From NCBI RefSeq assembly GCF_001194135.2, contig NC_068984.1, positions 64,472,588 through 64,536,393 of the forward strand: a stretch of 63,806 nt of DNA. The letters are read 5' to 3'. Below the pieces are notes generated by a model. It saw only the letters and a list, made by a program, of their open reading frames with translations. It searched no databases and was not told the origin of the DNA. The stretch comes from Octopus bimaculoides. Its lineage: Eukaryota. Positions 27,901 to 41,088 of the stretch are shown in pieces (position 1 is the stretch's first letter; every line of letters begins with the position of its first letter). The position numbers were made by a program, and so were the translations under genes.

Positions 27901-30900
27901 TATGCATTGTGATGGACAATGGAAAATTGCAATGCCGATGCCTTTTCAGGAATGATAACTATTTAAGCATAAGTTGATTATCAATTCAGCTTTTATGACA
28001 AAAGCTTGTCACTCGTTTCTGATACCTTACATATTCTCTGAAAAATAGAATACCACTGACTTATGCCTAATTTAAATTTCTTGTCAAATAATGCTTATTA
28101 TGAAAGTCAAGATTGACAAGATTGATGACTGGTCAACCATTTTCAAAGTAATTCTTTATGCTATTAATCAATAGTTTAATTTTAACAAACATAAACCTAG
28201 ATCTTTTTTTCTTTTGTTTTGCCATCATGATTCTCTTTTTTTCCATTTTAATTTTTCAACCTCCTCTCACAATTTCTACTAAGTTTTATCTAGTGTTTCA
28301 TTAAAATCTTTTCAGCAATTCTCCCTAAAAAAAAAAAAAAGAAAAACCCCAAAATAATAACAAGTTTTTGTTCATCTTTTTCATTTGAGGATGCATTTTT
28401 TTGTTTGTTTTTGTTTTTTATGAAAATTTGGTAACAATTTTCTGTGTTATGCTTTACAGCAGTTCAATCATTTTGACTTCATACTTGATTGTTTATTCAT
28501 TTTCTTTTTTTTTCTTTTCTTTTTTACCTTTCAAAATTCTGTTTCGATTTGAAGTTTCTTTTATTTTTCTTCTTGATTTTATTTTGTTGAATATATATAT
28601 TATTTTTTTTTCTTTTGAAAACATATAAAGCAAGTTGATGAACATTATCACTATTTCACATCATATCAGATGCTAGTTTTTGATATAAATTTGTTTTGTT
28701 TCTAAATATAAACCCAACCAGCAAATCTACAATGGATCAGGTCAAGTTATGTTGTTTAAAAAAAAAATATATATATAGATAAAAACAAAATGGGGAAAAA
28801 GAAAAAAAAACAACCACTTATTGGTTCATAATACATAACTAAAAATTAAAATAGTAAAGAAATGAAATCAACACAAGTATCTAGAAAGTAGCCACACTTG
28901 AAAACCCTCGAATCTTCCAATTGAGATGTGAAACCATTTGGCTTGCTTTATAAGTTTTAAACTAATTTAAATAATTTTTCCCCTCTCTCTGTACTTATTA
29001 ACTTTCTATTGCTCTCTCTGTATATCTGTCTATCTAGCTATCTATATATATATACACATGTACATATATATACTTATATCATTATTTGAATTATGATGTA
29101 GAAGATATCCAATAATTTCACAAGTAATGATGTTCAGTCCCAGCAAACAGATAATTTATTAAATCTCACTGTTATGAATCACCATCATTTGCATTGTGTT
29201 TTTGCTAAGGATTAACTGCTTTATTAATATTTTAATTATTTGATTTTAAGTTTCAATCTACTCGATTTAGTTAAATTAAGCATTTAAATTATTAAAGATT
29301 ATCACTTTTTAATAATTTCTTCCTATTTCACTACATACATCTTAATTTGTTTTTAGATTAATAATATTGTTGTTATTATTTCCTTATGAGCACCAGTGTA
29401 ATTTTTATTTCTTCACTTTCTCATTTTACTACATTTCCTAATATTTAGTATCTCATGATTTCTTTAGTTAGTAATCACTTATATTAATTTATTCACGTTT
29501 TTTTTTTTTCTCCTTTCAGCTATAAAATAACAATCTAGTATTCTAGATTTCTAGTTTGAAGCTTAGAACCAAATCTGGTACCTGATGAGAGTTCAGTTGT
29601 GATACAGTTCTAATGAATCCCGTGATTGCAGGCATTCGCATGTCTTTGAGCGGAAATGCCATTTTGCCTGAAAAACTCACCGCAAAGAAGCATATCTTCC
29701 TGCATTTCGGTGATGACCTTTTGGCAAGGTTTTTAATATTTACTTTCCATTTTTTTTTTCTTTCCTGGATTGTATAAATTATTCTGTTATGATAATGATT
29801 CATTTATTGGTTATAGTTGTGGCTTTCCATGTAATATTTGTATTTCTTCTTTATGTGATGAAGAATTTGACAAGGATGTGCAGGTAGAACAGAGAAAAAA
29901 CATATTTTCTCCACCTTTCCTTAAGCAATTATTATTTATTGATTTCTGTGTGTTTTTTTTTATGTTTTATAAGAAAACAAATTTCCTTAATATTATAAAT
30001 GTAATGTTTCCACATGCATAGACAAAATATGTATGCAGATCTTCAACAGAAGAATAGGCTCACCATTTACAACCAGCTACCAAATCAGTGCTAGGCATGC
30101 TCCATTAGCTCTTACCTCCTTTCTTAGAGTCAAGAATATCATCTTTTCTTTTATTTTCTTTCAGCTATACCACACAACTAACTCAGAATCTTCTCCAAAG
30201 AGTTCAGAATCGAATATGTTAGTACTTAGTAAATAATTATCATCAATTAAAAACAAAAAATTGTTTTATATAATATGCTTTATTTTGCAAATTTTATAAA
30301 ATTAAAAATGCTTTTTCTTGTTAGGTAAGTTTGGTTATTCTAACTTTTCTTGTATTAAAACTCATGCAAATTAAGATATTTAATCTATATATAATTATTT
30401 ATCTATTTGTATTTCATTTACCTAATCACAGTAAAAATTAATCTAATATTTTGGTATTATTGAAAACAACTTTGTTAATGTCTTCAAGACATTTTTAATA
30501 TTTTGCTTTCAGTTCTTTTGAAGTTAATATACTTAGGCACTAAGATTCTTCTTAAAACATTAAAATACATTATTATTGTTATTGTTTAGGTTCATAGACA
30601 AAATTAAGAAAGAAAAAAGGCAACAATTTTCTGTCTTTAAATTCCAGTAATAAAAATAGTGAATTTGGATTTAAAGCAGAAAATCAAAAATTAAGTAATA
30701 AATTTTGAGGGGCTGGGATAACTTATGCTAAAAACTGAAAAACAAAACACAAGGATATATATGTAATATACGTGTATGTATATGTCTGTATATACATGTT
30801 TATATACATGCATATATATGTGTATATATATATATGTGTGTGTATATACATGCATGCATATACGTGTATGTGTATATAAATTTTTCCTTTCTTCTGTAAA

Positions 30901-31154
30901 TTAGTATTTCATTTCTATGGATTTGGATAATATATAAGATCATAGAGGAAAACCCCTAAAAACCTATCTTATTTCTGATGATAGTTGTTGGGTAGGAGAT
31001 TATAGAGCATGTAAGCCTCTTTGAGGCCTACATATTATTCTGATGGTTGTGGGTAGGTAATATGGATCAGAACTCTGTGAAGCATGCAGCTGATTAGTTC
31101 AATATTTGTATATATTTTTTTCTTTGACATCCAAAGCAGGTGGCATTAAAACGG

Positions 31155-31279
31155 TCACAACAGAAAAAATACAAGTAGACATAAGATACTCGTCCATTGT
31201 TGGCTGTGTTCATATAAAGAACAGCTATCACCACCAATAGTGTATGTTCTTGGAGCTTTACTTGTTTTAGGTACATCTG
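31155..31279 (-). CDS. sol-1: SOL-1-like CUB protein, terminal coding exon (hydrophobic C-terminus)
   Basis: Acceptor cttttttttccAG; phase 1 matches the upstream exon. Reads (P)DVPKTSKAPRTYTIGGDSCSLYEHSQQWTSILCLLVFFLL then TGA at 31155-31157. No CUB homology here, so it is supported by phase, splice signal and position only. Confidence 0.7.
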
Positions 31280-31494
31280 CTGGAAAAAAAGGTAGAGATG
31301 GAAAAAAGGAAACTCGGTTAATAGTGTTAAAAATAGAACAGAAACACATATATATATATACACACATTTGTAAGTATATGAATATGATAATGCTTATGGA
31401 AACCTGACCCCCAGAGATCACTGCAAATGTGATCTGGCTGCCAGGGCTCATGTACTCCTTATTGAATCCCCTTTGGTACCACTGCTCTATTTCC

Positions 31495-31960
31495 TGGAAG
31501 ATAATACTCCACATCTACAGTGCATTGGCCTTCTCTATTCTCCTGTATGGAGCAGAAATGTGGCCCCTCTCAAAGATATTAGCAAAGAGGATTGACAGCT
31601 TTGATAGCAAAACCCTGAGAACCAGTGAGAGCATCAGGTGGTACCATCACGTTTCCAACAAAGAACTGCATGCATGCATCAGCCCGCAGCCTCCCATCTC
31701 ATAGCTATCTGTCACATGCACTGGTATGGATATGTCCTCTGTCTCCCACGAGATCATCCTACCAGGGATTTACTCTCATCCAACACGTCAGTGCAGGTTG
31801 GAAGAGGCCTCATGGCAGGCCCTGCACATGTCTGAATGTATATTGGAGAAGATCTCCAGAGGCACAATGTCACCTTGAAAGATGCTGAGGGGCTGGGATG
31901 TGATTTTCAGCAATGAAGAGCACTGATGGACCTGGCAGGTTCTATGCATGATCAAGCAAG
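31495..31960 (+). mobile_element. RTE-clade LINE 3' coding relic (frameshifted)
   Basis: SILLYGAEMWPLSKILAKRIDSFDSKTLR...IRWYHHVSNKEL...HWYGYVL...DHPTR...GWKRPHGRP across frames; typical RTE post-RT region. Confidence 0.8.
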
Positions 31961-32184
31961 AGCATGAAGCAAGCAAGCATTATAGAAACAGACACCTGAA
32001 TGTGTAAACATGTCTTGCTTCAAACTAAAGCTGTGTGGACAAAATATTAACCTTATCACGAAGTAATTGCATTTCATTTATGAAAATGCTGGAGTGGAGA
32101 TAAATGATAGCGTACAAGAAGTAAGGTAGAAAGGATCCTTAACCAAATTCCTCACAGGCAAGAGACAGCAATACAAATTCTTCT

Positions 32185-33100
32185 GGGTTGAGTAATAGTG
32201 ACAGCAGGGGTGGAGTAGGCATATTGTTAGTTGAAAAAGTGATTCAGACAGTCAGGATATTTGAAAGGATAATTCAGACGGGGCTAATTATAGGTAACTT
32301 AACCATGATGGTTATCTCTGCATATGCACCACAGGCAAGATTGACAGTGATTTCAACAGACATTATTGGCCAATATATTTATCAATAGCCTATGTAGCAT
32401 AAAAGCTGTGGATGTGGTTCAAAATATGAAGAGGATGTAAGGTTTGTGGAGTTGTGCAATGCAATCAATCTAACAATTTGCTACACACATTTTAGGAAAC
32501 CAGCCAATTGCCTCATCACCTACCAATCTGGTGAACACACAAGTCGGATTACATTCTCACTAGAAAGTGGAACAGAAGAGCTACTGTAAATACCAAAACC
32601 TTTTCTGACAAAGAATGCAATACACAACACATATAAGTGGCTAGGCAGGCATAGAAATGCAAGGCAAAAAGGAGTAAGATATGTAAACTAAAAGATGCTT
32701 TAATTGGGAACAGATTTGCAGAAACTCCAAATGATGCATTAACAGCAATAACTACATACTGAGAGAAACATGTGGCTGGAGCAGAGAAACATGTGGCTGG
32801 AGCAGAGAAACATGTGGCTGGAGCAGAGAAACATGTGGCTGGAGCAGAGTCCCAACCAAGCCAAAAATAACATCACTGAATAATACAGGTCATAGTACAG
32901 AAACAGCCAATAGAGAAATTTGGAAAGCCAGGAAGTTAAGTGGTAGTAAGGAGCATTATCAAATGGCTAGAAAAGCAGCTATGTGACAGGTATATTTAGT
33001 TAAGGGTGAATTAGGAAGGGAGAAATTGGCACATCTGCGATGTGAGGATCAGAGGCATGAAATGTTAACGATTAGAAGACAACGTGGAGAGAGAACAGTA
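32185..33100 (+). mobile_element. RTE-clade LINE relic, AP-endonuclease region
   Basis: GGVGILLVEKV...ERII...MVISAYAPQ; then RFVELCNAINLTICYTHFRKPANCLITYQSG and a DYIL-like motif; many stops. Confidence 0.8.
32763..32846 (+). repeat. Perfect 21-bp minisatellite x4 (GAGAAACATGTGGCTGGAGCA)
   Basis: Direct read: four identical units plus GAG. Confidence 0.95.
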
Positions 33101-33733
33101 ACGTATCTAAGTACCACAAGTATGTAGTTACCAATATATAGTAGAATTATATATTCCCAATATGCATTTGTACCAACTTCTAGAAATAATACTTGATTTT
33201 ATGAAATATAAAAGATTAAGCAATGTATTTATACCATATAACATCTTAATTAAGCAGCATATTCTATAGAACAATAATTTGGCTGCCTAAAAAAAAAATC
33301 ACTCTTATTTGCTGTAAAGCTCCTCTGGACCCTAAAAGGAATCATGTGGATAATGCTTTGTGAAAGATGGTGCAGCTACTTAGTGATTTGATTAACATCC
33401 AGTGAAAATGTATGTCACTTATATAAATCCCCAAAGGTAGAATGTACTAATGTTTTACAGATGTTTATCTTATCATGAAAATTACATCTAATAAGGTATT
33501 TTACTTGGAAATTCAAAATTGCTTAACCATTAGCTTTATTATTTTCATTGTTATTATTTTTTTATTTTTTATTTTACCCATTTTGCTCCCTATGTTATGT
33601 GCTGGCTATCCATTTACTTCAAGAATGTAGAGCAAACCTGATCCAAATCATGACATACTTTATTCTAATTAGATATAAGTATTATTTAAAAGTAATTTAT
33701 ATGGGAAGTTTTCAACTATTTACTTTGGCTTTA

Positions 33734-33774
<41 letters not shown>

Positions 33775-34526
33775 CAAAAATGTTTAAATATTTTCATTAA
33801 ATCAGACTGATTTGATATCTGATCATCATCAAGTGATACTGGATGTATGCATAGCACAAGACTGGATTCAAACTTGGAACCTTTATTTCTAAATGGCAAT
33901 CAGAGATAAACTTATCAAAACATTTTTCATCTTCAAAGATGAGCTTAAGTCTGATATATAAATTTAACATCTTATCTCAGACATTTAGACATTTCCAAGT
34001 TCCAATGAATTAATGTCTTGTATTACACTCTTTTTACTATTTGAAATGTTAAATGGATAAAAATTGATCTTACTGTGGGATATTTTCACATTTATTGTAT
34101 TCAAAATAATGTTCAAGGGCAAAAAATCTCTAAATCAAAGTGATGTATTCAATTTTGATATGGTTTTTAAATGTGAAACTGGATATTAATACTTGTTTGC
34201 TAAAACAATTAATTTTGAAAGGGAGCAGCAAAACTGGTTTATCTTTTTCAATCTTTAGATAAATGGTAAAGATTACTGTTACAATACGCTTTAAAGTATA
34301 TATTTATAGGATAGATTTTTGTGAAATTATATACATTATTTCACAAATATTTTAAGCTATAAGTTGGCTTTACATGAAGGAATTCAAAATGATCAATGAA
34401 AGATGAAGGAACAAAGTTCAAGGGCATTATATTGGCCTTTAGTGACAATGTAATACAAATAGCATTAAACAATGACATTTAATTTTAGTGGAAAACAGTA
34501 TATAAATAACATTTTTGGACACTTAC

Positions 34527-34747
34527 GTAACTGTTTATTGTTTGTTTGTACAAATCTATATTTTGCCATGAAACCAAGGGCATCATAGATGCCATTAGAT
34601 TTGAATGTGACTTTGAAAAATTCGCCATCGGACTTGACCGTATTATTCTTCCCCGTTCTCAAACCACAGAACCGATCCATTTTTCTATCTTGTGTGGTGA
34701 AGAAGTTAGAGAAAGAAACATAATCACTTTTATGTTCTTCGTCACAG
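34527..34747 (-). CDS. sol-1: SOL-1-like CUB protein, exon (second half of last CUB domain)
   Basis: Acceptor ttcttcctttcAG, donor GTAAGT; 221 nt, phase 2 to 1. Reads (N)CDEEHKSDYVSFSNFFTTQDRKMDRFCGLRTGKNNTVKSDGEFFKVTFKSNGIYDALGFMAKYRFVQTNNKQL, with CUB C..DY..FCG..F.S..GF.A.Y motifs. Confidence 0.92.
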
Positions 34748-35811
34748 CTGAAAGGAAGAAAGGAAAGGAAATGAATTAATATTATGAAACTGAAAAATTA
34801 AGTTTCTGTAAATATACTGGTACTGCAAAAATAAAAATAATTTTGTAAATGTCCTTGTTCTGCTTCTACTTTACTATTTGTAGTCTTAAAATGATAAAAA
34901 TTAAACCCTTACTTTATAACAAGTTCACATTTGTTTAATGCATTTTATACAATGTTCCTTTATACAAAGAGCCCTTCTTTTACATATGCTCTTGTCATTT
35001 TATCCATGTTTGTATATTTTATGTTTTATATGCAACAGTTTCAAATTTGAATAGAGTAGAATATCATGGAATAGAATTAAAATAATTCTATTATATAATA
35101 TTCTAATATATTCAAATTGGATGGTAGGAGATAATTATTTTTCTCCTGGACACAACAATGGACATTCTCCATATAATATTCAGTAGAGTGACTATTATAG
35201 TTAAAATTTCCCACAGCTTTGAAGTAGTTTGTTGAATTATAAGATAATTAAATGATAACCCATTTCTAGTTGCCAAATAGTGAGATTAAAGACTTTCTCA
35301 CATTCCAGTTGTAAAACATCTTAGCTGCTCTTAATTAAAATGGCAAAACCAGGCTATCATAAAACCGAATGTTACAGTATTTAGTTGTAGCTCTGTCAAG
35401 TTGGCTTTCAAATGCTGCAGAGATCAAATGTACCTCCATCCATCAACGATTGATAAAATAAATATCAATAATTCAATTAATTATCCCACCCAAGCCACCA
35501 AAAATATTGGATTTGTTTCTACTTAAAATAAATCAATATGTGAATATCACAAAAGGAAATTTCTTAATTTCCACATATTTAGTACATTTTGTGGGGAGAA
35601 ATTAGAAATTTTAATTGAATAAAATTTAAGAACTCTTGCCACAAATCCTACAGATTAATAGTCCACTTACAGTAACATTACATGGATGATTGTGGATGTA
35701 ATGTTTTCTAGACATTTTCCGTTCAATATTTGATGTTGTAAGAATGTAAATTCAAGAAACCATTTTATCTTAACAGCTACTAAAATAAGAAATGAGAGCA
35801 TTTTTACTTAC

Positions 35812-35983
35812 TTTGGTTTAACACCATCAACTTCAAATTTTGTGAAGTCAATTATTACTTTTTCACCTTTCTGACCATAAAACAGATAGTGACATTCCGT
35901 TATTCTTGGGTATTTTCCTGGATAATTTGGTGAAGTGAAAAACCCAGAAGATGCTAAAATACTCTTATAGTTGAACCCACATA
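35812..35983 (-). CDS. sol-1: SOL-1-like CUB protein, exon (first half of last CUB domain)
   Basis: Acceptor ttgctcttttcAG, donor GTAAGT; 172 nt, phase 1 to 2. Reads CGFNYKSILASSGFFTSPNYPGKYPRITECHYLFYGQKGEKVIIDFTKFEVDGVKP, with the classic CUB G.F.SPNYP..YP...C motif. Confidence 0.95.
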
Positions 35984-36620
35984 CTGAAAAGAGCAAGAAA
36001 TAGAGGTTATTATAAAATTCTTTTGATATATATGTATATATATATATATATATACTTGGAGTAGACTTATTTTATATTTGTTTCAGATATCTTTTAAGAA
36101 AATAGATAAAAGAATAAAACAAATCTAAGTGATAAACTTAAAATGTACATTAAATAAAAGATGATAAAATTGGGGAAGAACTATTGACTTTGGTTCAAAT
36201 ATAAATATAGCCTAGATGCTTTATAATCTAGAATAAACACTACACAAGTGGGATAAGCTGCAAAAGTTTTAAAACTGGTATCAGAATTTTCAGGAGAAGC
36301 ATACACTTTATAGTTGAGTGGTTAGAAGACACTGAATTGTAAGTAATACTTATTTCTTCTTGTAATGGCTCAGAACTAATGGAAGAATGTGCTTTATAAG
36401 TTTGAACTGAATATGTTTGGTGTAACAGGATTATGTTTTAGAAACTCTCTCCCTTACTCTCTCTCTCTCTCCTCAGAGTTAAAATGATTGCAGCTTTTTC
36501 TAGTCCCAAAGAACTGTTTGCATTGCACAATAATAATCATCATCATTTAACATCTGTTTTCTATACTACCAAGGGTTGGACATTCTATATGATATTTTAC
36601 ACAATGATCAACGTTCCGTT

Positions 36621-36944
36621 ATCTTTTACTTGCTTCAGTCATTAGACTGTGGCCATGCTGGGACTCTGCATGATCCACCTCAGGACTTTTTTAAAGCCTG
36701 CTACTTATTCTATCAGTCTCTTTTACCAAACTGTTGAGTTACAGGGATGTAAGTACACCAACATGTAAGCGAAAAAATATTTATTAGGCTTCTTTCAGAT
36801 TCCATCTGCCATATCCACTTACAAGGTGTTGGTTAGCCCAAGGTTACAGTAGAAAACAGTTGTTCAAGGTGCCACACAGTAGGACTGACCCCAGAACCAA
36901 GTGGTTGGGAAGCAAACTGCTCACCACACAGCTACACCTGTGTC
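36621..36944 (-). mobile_element. SINE family B, degenerate full length (RTE-tail remnant adjacent at about 36534-36600)
   Basis: Both modules are recognisable, with most CpGs decayed. Confidence 0.75.
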
Positions 36945-38178
36945 TACATTGGGTACTTTTCCTTCAATAGATATTCATAACATTATAATTTTTCAGATTA
37001 TTATATTCATTTGTAATGATTTAATATAAATTAATATCTAAACTAAATTTCAGTTTCCAATTATTAGTATCAGGTGCTGCCTTAATACTGCATGGAATTG
37101 TTTGTATAAGATTCCTATTTTGAATCTAGTCTTGTACTATAGACACATTCAGTAATAAGGTACCTGATGAGTCAGATAAAAGCAACTAAAACAGAGCAGA
37201 TGTAAGCATTTAAAGAAAAAAATCTTTCATCTTTCTAGACGAGATTAACAGTTCAACTAATTACATATAATCTTATTAACAACTCATCTCAGACATTTAA
37301 ATTCATGTTTCTTCAGATATCATGGTTTATAGAGTTTCTGACATCTGCAATTTACACTCACAGATGGTTGAGATCTGGTGAGAATGAAGTCATAGTGAAT
37401 CCCAACTCTCCTTATATCATAGCTTCCAAATAACAAATATAATAAAAAACAAAAAGAAGAAATATCAAATAAGAAGGAACTTATGATGGAAAATAACTTA
37501 TTCAGTTTCCCTTCATCAACACCACGAAAATAGACCACAGCTGTGAATTACAAACTTGACTCTAGTGAGACAAACTTGACTCCACAAAATGGAAAGCACC
37601 AAATGCTAATTTACTTTTCCCTCACTAGCTTGAACTGGACAAAGACTTATTATTGAGATATTATTTTACCTATACTGTTGCTAACACTTACAAGCTTTCC
37701 ATGTAAGGGATTTTTTTTTATTTCACCTGTCTTTGAAAGGGGAATTCATCAACAAGAAGGTCAACATAATGTCATTGTTTTGCTCAAATGGCTTCATTCA
37801 AAAATGTGGATTGTATACTTTCACACATACCTTTGCACACACTCATATGTACCTCAATTTAGTTTCTGTTGACCTATACCAACTCACAGGACATGAAGTT
37901 TCATGTACATGAATCATTTACTTAAGAGCACAATGTCTTTTTTGGTCTATGAATTGAACCCATCACCTTAAGGTCACGATCTTTATATTTTAATAAATAC
38001 ACTTCGTTATCTCAACTTCTAGGGAGTAAAAAAATGATTCCTAATGAGCTGATAAATAACAACAAAATCCCAGTGGTTCAATCCTCATTCTAAACTGTGT
38101 CCTGGCTAATATCACAGTGAGACACAGCGATATAAGTCCATACATACATGGATGTATGTATGTATTTATTTGTGTGTG

Positions 38179-38231
<53 letters not shown>

Positions 38232-38430
38232 TTGTGTGTGTGTGTTTGTGTGTGTGCTTGTGTGCTTGTGTGTGTGTGTGTGTGTGTAGTGCAGTTGTTT
38301 ATTCAAAACTGGTACAATGGTAGTATTTTAGTTCATGTATACCATTATGATTTGCATTGTGTACTACACATATGTGTATAAACATATGAGTGCATGTTGA
38401 TAAAAATATGCACTCATATATATGTATATA

Positions 38431-39667
38431 CAGGGTGCAGTGAATAAATTGTCTTCTACATTAAGCAAAAATGAAAATAACACTGACATCTCATTTTAGC
38501 AGATATATTTACCAAAATTACATAAAAATACCTTGAAATACTAAAGAGTAAATGTATTCAATAAAATAGCCATTGGCTTCAATCACAGCCTTTAGACGAC
38601 TTCTGAATTTCCTGCAACTCTTCTGGATGGTTTCCTTGTTTAAGTCAGTGAATGCAGCCATAATCCTTGCCATCAGTTCATGTTTGGTCTTACAAGGAGT
38701 TTTGTGGCTCTCTCACTCAACTGCACCCCACACATGATAATCAAGGGAGTAGCAGTCTGGGGAGCTAGGTGGTCAGATGTTAGAGGTGATGCGGTCACAG
38801 AAATTTCTGAGAGTCATGACCGGGTTCTCCTGCTTGTGTGGCATGGTGCAGAGTCTGTTGCCAGACATAGGATCTTCCAACAGCCACCCTCTTGATCCAG
38901 GACAGCACTACCTCCTCCAGGCCTCCATGTTGAGTCTGGGAAGATGAATGGATGCATAACATCACCATCACTCCAAACACCATGATGTTGACTGGATGTT
39001 GATTTTTGTCACTCTTGGTACATGTTTTGGGGACATGGCAAGCCAACAGTTGTATGAGTTCACCATCTGATCCCACCAGAAGCTTTTCTCATCTGAGAAA
39101 AACCAAAACATGTCTGGTTGGATGGAATGCTTGAGTTTGTTCAAAGGCTTTGTAGTGTGGTCTTCCCTCTTGTCCATGATGGCTTGGGATAAAAATTGGC
39201 CCTTTCTCCTGTTGTATGAGGAATACCAAATGTCTTCATGCATTACCTGCCTGATAAGAAACTCAGACACTCCCATGTCTCTGGCAATGGACTTGACTAA
39301 CTTGGAGGAATCATGGCCTTGATATCATCAACAAATTCAGGAGTTCTTTTCTGATCAGAACAATCAGAGTGAGTTTTCCAAGCTGCCATACCTTTGAAAT
39401 CACCATTAGACTAATCCAACTCTTTTTGAATTCTCTGCACTGTCCTCAGATAGACACCCAAACACTCTGAAATGTTTGTATTGCCAAGCAGTACAGCATA
39501 TCATTTCCAAATTTCTGGCAGAGTGAATTCCATCATTGTGCTGTTTTTCTCACAGATGGTGCCCAGCTGACCCTACTATATTGTGTAATCAACAAAATCA
39601 AAAACAAATGATGCACCTGCATGAAATTAAAGCTATAAAATGGCGACAATTTACCCATTACACCCTG
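38431..39667 (-). mobile_element. Tc1/mariner DNA transposon, DD37D (maT) type, full length but decayed
   Basis: TA-flanked imperfect TIRs CAGGGTGCAGTGAATAAATTGTC / CAGGGTGTAATGGGTAAATTGTC. The transposase relic has FFSDEK and WQQ(D)SAPCH...SPDCYSLD; 37 residues separate D2 and D3 after frameshift repair. Confidence 0.9.
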
Positions 39668-39753
39668 TATATATGTGTGTGTGTATGTATAATATAATGA
39701 TATAATGGAGAGGCATGAATTCTTAAAAGCTATTAATATGCATACATACATAC

Positions 39754-39796
<43 letters not shown>

Positions 39797-40369
39797 AAAT
39801 GCAAACAGAACTAATTAAAGAAATCAACTAAAGCATATTTTAAAGACTAATAACAGTTATGTCTGATGGTAAGTAGTGACCTACAAATAGCTACATTGAC
39901 AACAAAATACATTAATGCTAAATAATCTGCCAAAACATAATTTGCCTTGTAACTAGCTTTGAAAATCTGAAAAAAATAAAATCTCAGTATCTGCCAAATA
40001 GTGTTCTACTAAAAATACAAAAAGCTTGGCTGATAGATTAAAATGACAGCACTTATGTGTAAAGCCATAAAAAATTAGAACAATCTTGGAAATGCATTGA
40101 CTTGTATCAGCTTGCTGTGACATACTTTATGCTATTAAGGAGGATTATTTTGTTTGTTTGCTTTTTTAGTTTTCATTAATTTCTGCAGATAGCTTATGAA
40201 GTTGCCTAGCTAAGTTGGGATAAGTGATTTTTGCATGTTTACAAGTATGTCAAACGGCATAGAATAACTCTCAGCTTAGTGTAATGCTATATGAAAACCA
40301 AAGTAGGGCAGGAGTTTTTGGTTGGGTGTGTATATGTGTGTTTCATAAATTTTTGTCTATTTTACCATG

Positions 40370-40640
40370 CTGCACAGGTTAGATGAATGTGTTGAGTGTT
40401 ATTTTTTTAGAGTTGGATGCCCTTCCTATCACTATCCCATATCTGTTTCTCAAGAAAGAGTGCTCTTTTCCTAATGGCTTTTACAGCACAGAGCACGTGA
40501 GATGTAAATAAACACACGCACAATGCTTCTTTTACAGACTCCATCTATCAAATCTGCTCACAAGGCTTTGATTGGCTCAGACACTTGCTCAAAGAGGTAC
40601 TGAAAGCACAGTGAGCTTCTTGACACAGCCATGCCTGTAC
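40370..40640 (-). mobile_element. Degenerate RTE-tail fragment followed by SINE family B head remnant
   Basis: GTTGGATGCCCTTCCTATC; CCATCTATCAAATCTGCTCACAAGGCTTTG. Confidence 0.6.
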
Positions 40641-40922
40641 CTTATATTTATAATGGTTAACAATGTCCAGAGCCTAGCATTGGATCCTATAACGTTGAAC
40701 AGATGAAAGATTAACAGGATGTGAATCTATTGCAGATAGCATTTGCTAAAGACTTATTTATATCTGTTACAATTATATGAACCAATTCACTTTCAATGAC
40801 CAATGCAGATATATAATGAGGCATCTGCAATATATGAGCTTTTAGAGCTTGTGGTTCAACCCTTCATCCACTCAGCAAAGTACACATAAAGTTTATATAC
40901 ACACACACACACACACACACAT

Positions 40923-40974
<52 letters not shown>

Positions 40975-41088
40975 TTCAGTGATTAAATGTAAACATTCCT
41001 TTCACAGGCTCTTTTTAATGCTATTCTCATATGTTACTTTTAGTGAGATAGAAAATGTTTTTCACAATAATAACTGTTGAATACTTAC

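Noticed and set aside
30055-30069. 15-nt match TAGGCTCACCATTTA to the CUB exon near 57165
   Set aside because: About the length expected by chance in 64 kb, with no extension.
37320-37538. Hydrophobic minus-strand ORF with a GTGAGT donor
   Set aside because: The possible exon is not frame-preserving and would interrupt the CUB linker; no homology recognised.
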